A stretch of DNA of 64,000 nucleotides from Octopus vulgaris. Its lineage: Eukaryota. Under the pieces are notes generated by a model. That model searched no databases, was not told where the DNA came from, and was given only the letters and a program-made list of their open reading frames with translations. How positions within the stretch are numbered: the first letter of the stretch is position 1; every line of letters starts with the position of its first letter. The stretch lies in contig OX597832.1 of NCBI GenBank assembly GCA_951406725.2, positions 30,504,001 through 30,568,000 of the forward strand, written 5' to 3'. The translations under genes and the position numbers were made by a program. Shown one piece after another: positions 45,388 through 57,461 of the stretch.

Positions 45388-45388
45388 C
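45180..45388 (+). mobile_element. SINE/retroposon family D 3' part
   Basis: gcgttaggaagggcatccggccgtagaaac ... (TGA)n tail; homologous to 57025-57333. Confidence 0.75.
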
Positions 45389-45561
45389 ATATGAGATGTC
45401 TCCAACTACAACTTTAAAATATCCGTCTTATACTCGAATGCCTCAAGGAATACAAACTTACATACTCTTAAGTGTGTGTGTACGTGCATGCATATACGTC
45501 TGTGTGTGTGTGTGTTCTACGCACGCGAAACGTTAAATAATTTGAAGCTAAGTCAAACTAG

Positions 45562-45772
45562 TATGGTTGTGTGTGTATGTGTGTTTGTGTGTGTGTGTGT
45601 GTTTGTATGTTGTATTTGTGTGTGTTTGTGTGTGTTGTGTGTGTTTGTGTGTGTTGTGTGTGTTGTGTGTGTGTTTGAGTGTGTTGTGTGTATGTTTGAG
45701 TGTGTTGTGTGTATTTGTGTGTGTTTGTGTGTGTGTGAGTGTGTGTGTGTTGTGTGTGTGTTTGTGTGTTTT
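45562..45772. repeat. degenerate (TG)n
   Basis: Direct. Confidence 0.9.
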
Positions 45773-47409
45773 GCAAAATTTTTGTAAAATCGTAGTTTTA
45801 TTCAAATGTTGAAGCGTGTAATTTTGTCAATAAAAACACACGCACTGGTTATATTTCGCTTCTCTATAGCTTTTGTGATAGAGTCTGCAACGTAGCGCTT
45901 TGAGTCGCTCGTAAGTCTTTTTTTTTTTTTGGCTTTGTTTTAAATGCCAGTCAAGAATTCATGTTCAAATGTTTCCCGTGTGTAATTCGTAAGGTTCCTA
46001 AAACTCTGAGAAGCTCCTCAGCTCCCTTGTATTATTTTTTCCTTCGGACCAAACAGGGATGCGTCCTTTGACTTTCATGACTCGTGATTATCAGCTCCGG
46101 CCGATTGGTAATGTTGCTCGATTTCCGATTACCGTTTTCTCTTTTCTGGGGATCCGGTTGGAGTGACGGTTCGTGTTGGTCGGCCACATGACCCCCATGG
46201 TCGCACTGCGGATGAGGAAGTATTTCACGGAGATGGGAACTGACCGGGATATTGCTCGGAGAGTTGCCAGGGATGCGAAATTTTTTTCCCACATGAGTTC
46301 TGGACCCCAGTTATGAACTCATTTGCATACAGCTCAACTACCAAATTAATTTATGAGCGCATAACAAGTGATGGGCGATAAGATAAGGTCACTTGGGTAA
46401 GGAAGGACCATGCCTTCTTTTCTCTTTTAATAATGCTGCCTCTCCGTTAGTTATTTGTGATGTTGTTTACTTTGTAAAACAGTAAGGGGAGAGGGTTGCG
46501 AGCACACCACCCTCGATGATGTTGGCACCTGAATGAGAGCACAATACAAGATTAGCAATCGGAGGTCGCCATTTTGAATGCCAACCTTTGTTAACTTGAC
46601 AACAAGGTCAATGTGAGCTCTGATTGGCTGTATGCAAATGAATTCATTACTGGATATCCGGAACTCTTGTGAAAAAAATTTTGGACCCGGGATGATCCGA
46701 GCAGATACCGATAAATGGTGGTTGCAGCGATGCACTACTGCAGCGGCGCATGACAACTGACCTGCTCTGACTGGGTCTGAATTTGCAGTTATTTTTCTGA
46801 AATTTACTCATTTCTTTTTTAAATTAAAAAAAAAAAGAAAGCATCGTATCGATTTGTCCGGTGGAAAACCAGGGAAGTGAGATTACACAGATTGAAAGAT
46901 CCGTCTTACCGCTTCCTTTCTCACCACGACCACCCCCACCAATTCTGGCTGAAACAACAACAGTAACAACAAAGAAAAACTACAACAATGAAAAACAGAA
47001 AGATGACGAATTAAGTTGATGTCTCAATTCCCCTGCATATTCCAGCAGCATTGCAACAACAACAACAAACAACTCAACACCAGAGCCACCATTAACAGCA
47101 ACACAATAAAAATTTTAAAAAAAATACTGCGATTAATAAATAGATTGTTAACGGCTTCACAAAAGGAATATACTTTATATCCGCCGAGGATTTTTTTTTT
47201 AAAAAAAGGCTAAAAACTTCCTCGTGAAGTTTGACAAAGATATATCACTAAATATCCCAGGATTCGTCCACCAGAATCCGACCACAAAACAATCTTTTAC
47301 AAATGCATAGGATTGAAAAGACAGAAAATAGCGCAATCGATACAGCAGCAAATAGTGAAGTGCTTCAGATCAATCCGGGCATCGAAACGTAGGTCGCTAG
47401 AGAGAAAAA

Positions 47410-48120
47410 ATCGGCACATCATCTACAACCGCCTGATTGTCATGCTTTGTCCTGCTTCATTGCTGGCCAGATTGATCCGCTTGCTATTCTGCTTTTTGTC
47501 GAAGAGACAGGCTCTGCTGCTCAGGCGATCCATTGCTGTCACCCGCTCCATAGAGGATTGGACATTTCATGGCTAATGATGCACAGACATGCGCTGCGTC
47601 TACGATATCCTCGGCGCTTCCTTGACGGTGAGCAGGTGTTGTCCTCATTTGTCAGAATCACTTTTCTACTGCTCGTCTCTTTCATAGCGGCAGTCCTGCT
47701 TCAAGTGGAGACCGAGGCAGGGCACCTGACACTTAGTGTCAAGCGATCACAGTCCTCTACTAATTGGGCAAAGCAGTCTGTGGAAGTTCCACCATGGCGT
47801 TTTATAGGGGATTAGCGGCGGCCAAGAGCGATGGCGTCCTTGAGAAACTCCGAGTGTCGATGAAAACGAGCTGGCTGGTCTGTTTCAGAGGTCTTTAGGC
47901 GCAGAGCTCCTGTGGATAATTTTCAGAAATCCCTGGCAGTACTAAGGTGAGGTGGATGCGGAATTACCGGTTCAAGATAAACTCTACAAGCATATTAGTG
48001 TTGTCGTCCGTGCTTACCCAAGATGCGAGCAGGGTGACGAAACCGTCTTGCACGTGCTCATAGAGCATTTGACCATTGCTGACTCGTGAAGTTATATCGA
48101 ACAGCTGGTGTCACGTGTAG
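47410..48120 (+). mobile_element. L1/Tx1-like LINE ORF2 C-terminal relic
   Basis: HPLHRGLDISWL and LPVQDKLYKH...YPRCEQGDETVLHVLIEH (decayed CxxC...ET..H zinc knuckle), frameshifted. Confidence 0.65.
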
Positions 48121-48640
48121 AATGGTTTTGGCTGTCTGGCAACCCACTTTTGGCAGAGATGGGCAGATCTTTTCCGTTTGGTTGTCAAGGTTTCAAAAAT
48201 TAAAGTTTATCGAAAATTTTAAAATTTGGTACATTAATGTAGTTTTCTGAGCTGAATTACTGGAGTTATTTCACTTTTTGGAAACGGGGTATTTATCCAC
48301 GTTGACCTTAGGGGTCGGGGTGGTCCCGGGTTGGTGAGGTTCCTTACTTGCCCCAATTGGAGAATTTTGTTCTCATCAAATTTTTGTGAATTATTATTGT
48401 TTTATTATTTACACGTCCATATGTAATTCTCCACAATCCTTTGTCTTTGTATTTGCGGCCCTTGAGGCGAATAAAGACATTGGTCAGTGTATAAGTGTGT
48501 GTGTGCGCGCGCTCATGTATATGCCAACCTGAGTGACGCTTATTCCTGTTAGTGTTTGGCAAACCACGATTCGGTGATTCACTGTTTTCCTTCTCTAGCA
48601 GGAAGTTTCCCATCTATAAATTCAAACACACACACATCAT

Positions 48641-48713
<73 letters not shown>

Positions 48714-48739
48714 CTCTATCTTTCTTTCTCTCTCTTCTT

Positions 48740-48770
<31 letters not shown>

Positions 48771-48970
48771 CTCTCCGCCATGTGTGCGCACAAACACACA
48801 CATACACACCCACCTACAAACAGATCTACACAGACACACACATACACACGTATATATATATATATAATAACAATTTAAAAAATAAAACATGTGCATACAT
48901 ACATACATATATGTACATACCTACATCTATGTGTATACATACATATATATACATAAATATTATATATGTA

Positions 48971-49029
<59 letters not shown>

Positions 49030-49032
<3 letters not shown>

Positions 49033-49297
49033 TACAGGACACCACAAATAAACGTAGAACACAACGAGAAACGAAAACATACAATCAAACAAGGAAACGG
49101 ACTTTTTTTAACAACGAAAAAACAGAGTACAAGACAAACAATACAAGGAATATTCCCCTTCATCAGCTGCCCGTTTCGACTCAATGCGTGTTTCGAAGGT
49201 AAGGGCAGAACACGATCCGGCCGAAGCAATCCTTCCTGCAAAATGAATTAAATAACATTCTTTTGCAGAAAAGTGACAAGAACAGGACGTAAAAGCA

Positions 49298-49298
<1 letters not shown>
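49030..49298 (-). mobile_element. (TA)n-flanked pLTR-like repeat carrying permuted hammerhead motif (49160-49214)
   Basis: Minus strand: cgtGT-T-ctgccc-ttaccttc-GAAA-cacg-N14-gggcag-CTGATGA. Confidence 0.7.
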
Positions 49299-49391
<93 letters not shown>

Positions 49392-49606
49392 TCCAGTGGC
49401 CACTTACTCTGGTGCTTCCACGGCGTGTCGCCGTTTCTTCGATGAAGTCAAAACGGACTCAATTTGACATGTCGGAGAAAAAGTTGATACACTGTGGAAA
49501 CTCTAGGGTGAGAAGAAGCCACTGGACCAGCTTAAAGAAACTTCTGCACTTTACGTTTGTATTGAGTATTTCTTTAGATTCTTAACCAATATCCGATGGA
49601 CACACA

Positions 49607-50603
49607 CACGGTGTTCAGGTTAAATTTGACTGTTTGCATAAAAGGTAAAGAAAACACAATATGCTATCCAAAAAAATAAGTATTTTTAAAGAACCAGAAA
49701 CTATCAGCTAAATTATCAGTGTTTGCTCGAAGCAGCCGTCCTCAGCTTCCATCACATCAGCCTTGGGATGGCTCTGGAACCTGGTACAAGCATTCCTCAC
49801 TGTGTGTCTGGGAAGGTCTTTGAACACCTCCTGGATGTTGCAAGCAGAGTGATTGGTGTCCTTGTTAACCGCGCCCCACACATAGTAATCCATGCGATTA
49901 CAATCGATGGAATTAGAAAGTCACAAATCGGTGCTGGTGAAGTCAACGAAATTCGCCGACCACCACTTCTGACTCTTTCCGGAGGTATGGCCAGGAACCG
50001 AATCCTGCTGCCACACATATGGCCTTTCAGCAGCAACTCTGTCCAACCAGACATTGATCACATTCTCCAGCAGCTTCACAGAACCGCCCGAAGCGAGCCC
50101 AAGGCCCTCTTCAAAGATGTGGCTATGAATCCTGCCCTGTGGACGCAGTGTGTGGACGCCTTCTGTGTCACTTCTTGCTGTAGTCCCCGTTGCAGCTGTC
50201 CGTATCATGTCTTTACAGCCTTTACAATGTTTGCAAAGCATTGAGCAGTAGTCATGATGTCGGTGTTTCGATAACCGACGCGAATCATCACGATACAGGT
50301 TACTCTTTCCCAATATTCGGATGGCTTCCAGTCCTCTTTCCCAATATTCGGATGGCTTCCAGTCCTCTTTCCCAATATTCGGATGGCTTCCAGTCCTCTT
50401 TCCCAATATTCGGATGGCTTCCAGTCCTCTTTCCCAATATTCGGATGGCTTCCAGTCCTCCATGTCAGCTAACTTTTTCTCGACCACAAACTATAATTTT
50501 TCTGCTCTCCAACGCCGTTCATTCTTCACCAATACATCAAACTGTTCCAAAAAAAACCAAAAAGGATACATAAAAAGTCGTCAAATTTAACCCAAACACC
50601 TTG
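49607..50603 (-). mobile_element. Tc1/mariner-superfamily (DD37D/maT-like) relic
   Basis: TIRs cacggtgttcaggttaaatttgac / gtcaaatttaacccaaacaccttg; WQQDSVPGH...DCNRMDYYVWG motifs. Confidence 0.8.
50303..50460. repeat. 31-bp minisatellite, 5 perfect copies
   Basis: ctctttcccaatattcggatggcttccagtc x5. Confidence 0.95.
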
Positions 50604-50643
50604 TATTCGGGCTAAAATAAATTATATATATATATCTAATTTA

Positions 50644-50692
<49 letters not shown>

Positions 50693-50720
50693 GGATTTGT
50701 ATGGTTGTGTATAGAGGGAT

Positions 50721-51108
50721 GGATGGAAGCACTCCGCCGCTTACGACGATGAGGGTTCTGGTTGATCCGAATCAACGGAACAGCCTGCTCGTGAAATTAA
50801 CGTGTAAGTGGCTGAGCACTCCACAGACACGTGCACCCTTAACGTAGTTCTCGGGGATATTCAGCGTGACACAGAGTGTGACAAGGCCGGCCCTTTGAAA
50901 TACAGGTACAACAGAAACAGGAAGTAAGAGCGAGAGAAAGTTGTGGTGAAAGAGTACAGCAGGGATCACCACCATCCCCTGCCAGAGCCTCGTGGAGCTT
51001 TAGGTGTTTTTGCTCAATAAACACTCACAACGCCCGGTCTGGGAATCGAAACCGCGATCCTATGACCGCGAGTCCCCTGCCCTAACCACTGGGCCATTGC
51101 GCCTCCAC
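50721..51108 (-). mobile_element. tRNA-derived SINE family C (tail variant 2), full length
   Basis: A and B boxes; 13-bp TSD tgtatagagggat at 50708-50720 and 51109-51121. Confidence 0.9.
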
Positions 51109-51355
51109 TGTATAGAGGGATATATATTATTCAAAGGAATTCCAACTCTGTTTTTTATGTTTTATTTATATTCTTTATAATATTAATGTGGAATATAGAA
51201 TATATAGTATAAATAGTATATATATAGTAAAATGAAATGAAGTATTGATTATCTTATTGAAAAGATGAAATATTGAATATAAAATATTAGGGCACTACTA
51301 TGCTTTCTTGCATTTAAGCAGTCTTCAAGGTCCCAGGTTGAGACAGGAATGTTTC

Positions 51356-51429
<74 letters not shown>

Positions 51430-51984
51430 TGTGCGCGCGTGCAAGCATGAGGGTTACCCGTCATCTCCTTTACAAATGATGAGATGTGAAGCAAAAATCT
51501 TCGCGAATATGTTTGAGAGTTGGGGAGGCTGGTATTTTTCAGTTTGAGATCCAAAGTCAATTAGGACATCTAGGATTACAAACACAGCATAAAGAAACCT
51601 GCAGAACTTTAATAAGAAGAAAATGGTTAAGCGTCAAACACAAAGTGGTATTCATTTCATTTTGGAACGTAAAACGAGAAAACATCTGAACTATTTGAGA
51701 ACAATAAGTTAGGAACATTATAAGAATAAAGAAGAGGAATACAACTGGAAATAAAGATTCTAGGATAATTTACCGATCTTCGATTAATGCCATCGAATGA
51801 ATAAAGGAAGAGAAAAATATTATCGGCTGCTAGGAATCTCATTTGGTATTTGAATTCAATTCTTGTAGTGTTTACGTAAAGAAATATTCAGGTAGGTGAC
51901 GAGGGTTCCTGCAGTTCTTTAAACTTCATCGACATAACAGATAATTTTCGGTGCCGGTGTGCTGTGTGATCTACAGACATGTTT

Positions 51985-52220
51985 CTTATTTCTTTATTGC
52001 CCACAAGGGGCTAAACATAGAGGGGACAAACAAGGATAGACAAAGGGATTAAGTCGATTAGAACGACCCCAGTGCGTAACTGGTACTTATTTAATCGACC
52101 CCGAAAGGATGAAAGGCAAAGTCGACCTCGGCGGAATTTGAATTCAGAACGCAACGACGGGCAAAATACTGCTAAGCATTTCGACCGGCGTGCTAACGAT
52201 TCTGCCAGCTCGCCGCCTTA
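51985..52220 (-). mobile_element. SINE family B, full length
   Basis: Homology to family B. Confidence 0.9.
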
Positions 52221-52391
52221 AGCTACATTCACGTGTCTGGTACATCTTGTGATCTACATTAGTTCAAATGATATCGTTTGTGATCTACGCCGACTTTTTG
52301 ATCCACATTTAAAACTGCAAGCATTTCAATGTTTGCAAACATTTCGATCTCGTTTAGATTTCATTTGTTGGAAGGTTTTAAAATCAAATGA

Positions 52392-52820
52392 GCAGGAGTG
52401 GCTGTGTGGTAAGTAGCTTGCTAACCAACCACATGGTTGCGGGTTCAGTCCCACTGCGTGGCACCTTGGGCAAGTGTCTTCTACTATAGCCTCGGGCCGA
52501 CCAAAGCTTTGTGAGTGGATTTGGTTGACGGAAACTGAAAGAAGCCCGTCGTATGTATGTATGTATGTATGTATATATATATGTATGTATGTATATATGT
52601 ATGTATGTATGATGTTTGTGTGTCTGTGTTCGTACCCCGAACATCGCTTGACAACCGATGCTGGTGTGTTTACGTCCCCGTAACTTAGCGGTTCGACAAA
52701 AGAAACTTATATAATAAGTGCTAGGTCTACAAAGAATGAGTCCTGGGGTCGATTTGCTCGACTAAATGCGGTGCTCCAGCATGGCCGCAGCCAAATGACT
52801 GAAACAAGTAAGAGAGTAAA
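52392..52820 (+). mobile_element. SINE family A, full length
   Basis: Homology to family A. Confidence 0.9.
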
Positions 52821-53346
52821 ATCTCTTTATTGCATTCTTAAATGCTATCCGTGCTGTATACAAAGAGTCATAAGTATTCATGTTTCTCCTATGAAATAAA
52901 ACTCAATAAAACATTTTTTTCCTTTTGCTTTTTGAATGTTTAACTCACTCCTCTAATTGCAATTGCAAAATTATAACAAAATTTTGAAAGTAGACTAGAA
53001 GGTAGTCTAGATTAAAGTCGCTGTAGATCTCAATGGCATGAAGATCACATACTACACCGGCACCTAATTTTCTTTACTCTATCTCAGACCTGACATCCAG
53101 GTAGAATATGAGCCAGCAATTTTGGCCCCCATAAATATAGAGATACGAGCATTAAAAACCTGAAATGCTAACAGCAAACGCAAACACTGACAGGGACAGG
53201 CGTCGTGAGGACAAACATACACACACACTTATACACTGACCAATGTCTTTATTCGCTCCAAGGGCCGCAAAAATCCAATTTAGGCAGAATACAACAAACT
53301 GAATCAGAAGTATGTATTAAATACGACATACATAATTACATACGTA

Positions 53347-53377
<31 letters not shown>

Positions 53378-54382
53378 TGTGTGTGTGTTTGTGTGTGTGC
53401 ATACACACACGCACTAATACGTACGTAACACAATTTACTTTCGCGTTAGCAGAATAACTAGTTTCTGCCAAGAAGCTCCTTTCGGTTCTTCAAATCAAAC
53501 TAGAATTGACTTTGCTTGTTAGCTTCTGGTCACCAAAAGCAATACCAGTCATATTCAATCCGTGCAAATGCGTAACTTTTATCAATGAAAAAAAAATACA
53601 CTATTTAGTTAAGAAACTCGGGCAGTCGAGTTGGGTTTTCACAATGAAAAAACTGAGAGCAAAATTCGATCGGAGAAAGATTTGAACTTCATTCGAGACA
53701 GCAGATTTGCCGTTCGTCCTTACGGGGTTAATAAATACAATCCCAATTCAAAGGTGGATTTGCGAAATTCCTACGGCGTCGGGCAGCATTTATTTTGGCT
53801 TTCTCATTTCTAATTCTGCTTTGGTGCAAATAGCCAGGGCAAAGTACTACCCAACTACAGGACAACTCCGTCCAAACCGCAGTTGGTAAGCGTTGAGATA
53901 TTGTGGTCTACAGACAGTAGCAGCATCGCTGGATTCTCATCCAACATTGAATCTACAACTGCTGAAATGAAACGGTACAAAAATTCTGAAGTTCCAAAAA
54001 GTAAAGGATTTTGGCGGGTAAAGGGAAATAACTCCTAATGGACTGCTAATCAGATATTGAAAGAAATTCTTATAAAATATTTCATTAATTTCCAAAATAT
54101 TTGAAAGGAAAACGGAATGAGAAACTGTTAATTAATGCTACACTAAAATACGACTGAGAATTGTTGAATTGTTAGAAATTAAATTGAAAGCGGTCAAATT
54201 TATGAGGCTGGAGATAATTTTCTCTTGTCATGTTTGCTATAGACAAATGTTTCGTTTATCGAAAAAACTCAATTTACAAAAGCAGTTTATAATTCCATTT
54301 GCACCTCACTTTATTCCCCAGGTGCTGAAAGACAAAGCTAGTCTATATTTTGTTCGACGCTCCACCAATCTTAAAATATCGT

Positions 54383-54620
54383 ATTCTTTTATTCTTTTAT
54401 TTGTTCCAGTCACCATCTTTAGTCGAGCAAATCGACCCCAGGACTTATTCTTTGTAAGCCTAGTACTCTCTTGCCGAACTTCTCAGTGGCGGGGACGTAA
54501 ACACACTAGCATCGGTTGTTGGGGGGGGGACAAACACAGACATATACATATACATACACACACAGAGAACCCGGAACCATGTGGTTGGTAAGCAAGCTAC
54601 TTACCACACAGCCACTCCTA
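54383..54620 (-). mobile_element. SINE family A with internal deletions
   Basis: Head and tail pieces joined. Confidence 0.8.
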
Positions 54621-54654
54621 CGTCTTCAGTATAAGTATTATTTTAGTTAACACA

Positions 54655-54717
<63 letters not shown>

Positions 54718-54718
54718 A

Positions 54719-54772
<54 letters not shown>

Positions 54773-57024
54773 ATTTCCAGAAGCTTGAAAGATCCTGTTT
54801 GATTTGATCAGACTTAATTTTTATTAAAAGTATTTCCAGGACTATTGCTAGAATGGAGAAAGAGGCATATTAGATGTTTCCCAACAGATATTCGGCGCTT
54901 CGCACCTCAAGGATCCCATTCTACTGAAACCATCTTTGATTTCTCTAATCCTAAAACCTGCATCTTTTGAGACATTCGCCGATGCAAGGCCGCTGGCAAC
55001 ATTTTTTTGACTTTGCTACAATCACACTCTACTTTGGGCTGCAGCAGAATTTATTTTGAGACAACTTCTCAGGACCGACGCATAACTGAAAGACTGTACA
55101 TAGCTTTTTCTTGTTTATGTATTTATTCATTTCAAATCATTTTCTTTACTGCTTTTTCGCATTTTCTTTTTCTTAACTTTTGTAAATTCTATTCTTTTTC
55201 ACTGAATTTCTTTTGTAACATACTGAAATCTGATTAACAAAAAAAATTATCAATGCTTTATGTCCAGACATAAGGATGGAATAAACCACATCCAGTTAAT
55301 TTTTCTGACATATAATTCGGTTGAGTACGACTCAAAGAGTGGAGTACAACTTGAAGAGAAGAGCTGAGTGTGGCTGTTAGAGTGGAGTACAACTTGGAGA
55401 GAAGAGTTGCGACTCTTCAAACGAATTACCTCCCCTTGCAAACAAGCACCGACTTTCTTCAATTACAGAATTTCTTACAAACTCTTCACAGTTTCTGGGT
55501 TTCCTCTTCATTTATGTAAGTATTTCATGGAAATTCTTTGCCTTTTTACCACTAATTTCAGTTAGACAACCATGTTTCAATTACTTAATACACAAACAAG
55601 AATTATAGTCCAAAGACTATAATTCTTTGTCTGCTCTTAATTAGTCACGATTCGTCGTATTAAAAGTGAATAACCGAACAACGGGGAGTGTCATTGTTTA
55701 AGTTCCAAATTGTGTGAAGCCTTCTCTTTGTGTTTTAGTCGTTCTCTTTGTGTTTTAGTCGGAGGTCTACTCTAATTTCCCGTACTGGAAAGACTTCGCG
55801 GAGGTTTCACTGTCTAAAAATCTCTTTCATCCTAGGAAACTTATCTTTCTCAAATCAAACTTTGCTGGAAATATTCTTCAAAGCAGTCGTGTGTTTCTCT
55901 TTCCCTGTGAAACTCTGTTAATCCATCTCCTAACAGTTACTGAGTAAAACGCTGAGGTGTGTAGGCCTATAAATCTCAGACATTATTGAAGTTCCATTCT
56001 GTAATTGAAAATAGTAACAAGGGGCGGTTCATTCTTGGCTTCTCTGAATTTAGCAGGATTTTGATTGAATTTGAAGCCTAGAGACATTTCTATTGAGCTT
56101 GAATTCAATGTTCTTAAAATGAAGCAAGAGTAATAACCTCGCATTCAAAGCCATCTTGGCGTTAACTTTTCCAAGCTCTGTTTAGCTGTGTTGTATACTA
56201 TAGGACAAAATCTTGTTTATTCCAGGCCTTTGTTGTTTTTTCCATTGTTCCAGAGCTTCGTTCGTATTTTTTTCTAGGATGGCTTTTACAACCTTGTTCA
56301 CCAACTTCACTGCTGCTTGTTTAATGACCATGTGAGATCAGGTCCTGTATCTTTTGGCGACTGCCTCGAAGGCTATCTTTATTAGTAGTCGATGCTACAG
56401 TTTGCCCCCTCAAATTACCTGTGTAATGTGTACATCACACCTGCCCTGTTGCCTAATTATGATACAGTCTTGGATATTCCGGCGCTTTGAGCAAAGATAC
56501 ATCCAGGTCTCTTCTGTTCTTCTTTCTACTTGAAGAGAGTGATGGTAAGGATGTGATTTGGTGGACTATGTACAACCAAAGCCCTCAAAGTCACTACAAA
56601 TACTAAACTGCTCAAATACCAATCTTTACTGACGGTTTCCCATTCATAACAGCGAAAACTACATCCCAAACTAAATTCCTCTTCAATGCTAGAAAAAACT
56701 TCAGTTCTAATTATTTGCTGATCATCTAGAAAGCCCAACAGTGGAGTATTGATTCCACACCTGGGACGTTTATCCCATGTACCTGTCTCTCCACTTGTCA
56801 TTACTCTCTTGTAACTTCTCCTTGGAGCCTACACTAACCACTTCATCCAATCTTTCCTCCCTGGACTGTTATCTTTCTGGAATTCCACTCCCAACCATCC
56901 TCCACTGCACATCAGCCATATTAATTTCCCAGTGGTTATGGGCACTGTCCCTCCTCCCATCTGAACCATTGAAATAGGCTGACTCAAACCCTGTGTCTGT
57001 CACTTGCTCATTAACTACATTACT

Positions 57025-57333
57025 TGAGGAGACCTGTTGAGTGAAGTACATCAACATCAAAATGAATATCAAATGGAAATTGTAGTTGTGATACCTGTGC
57101 TGGTGGCACGTAAAAAAGCACCATCCGAACGTGGCCGATGCCAGCCTCCCCTGGCACATAAAAAGCACCCACTACACTCACGGAGTGTTTGGCATTAGGA
57201 AGGGCATCCAGCTGTAGAAACACTGCCAGATCTGACTGGAGCGTGTTGCAGCCTCCTGCCTTCCCAGACCCCGGTCGAACCATCCAACCCGTGCTAGCAC
57301 AGAAAATGGACGTTAAACTATGATGATGATGAT
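57025..57333 (+). mobile_element. SINE/retroposon family D
   Basis: ggcattaggaagggcatccagctgtagaaac ... (TGA)n tail. Confidence 0.75.
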
Positions 57334-57461
57334 TACCTGACATTAGAAGCATATTCGTGGGGGCTTGTTTCTCTATTCTACCTCATATTTGTGCTTATAA
57401 GATCGAATGTTTTGCTTCTTTTAATAAAATTCAGTAATGTTTATATTTTCCAGTGTCCAAC

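Larger units (their letters stand above)
51950..53064. mobile_element. non-autonomous TIR element with 8-bp TSD (Merlin-like) hosting two SINEs
   Basis: TIR ggtgccggtgtgctgtgtgatct / agatcacatactacaccggcacc; TSD taattttc at 51942-51949 and 53065-53072. Confidence 0.8.

Noticed and set aside
46032-46756. GC-richer stretch with short ORFs
   Set aside because: No recognisable motif; possibly part of the neighbouring decayed LINE
50303-50460. CRISPR-like 31-bp repeats
   Set aside because: No spacers, eukaryotic context and no cas genes
51030-51108. tRNA-like sequence (also SINE heads at 8880-8956, 12780 and 52392)
   Set aside because: Continues into SINE bodies with TSDs; not standalone tRNA genes
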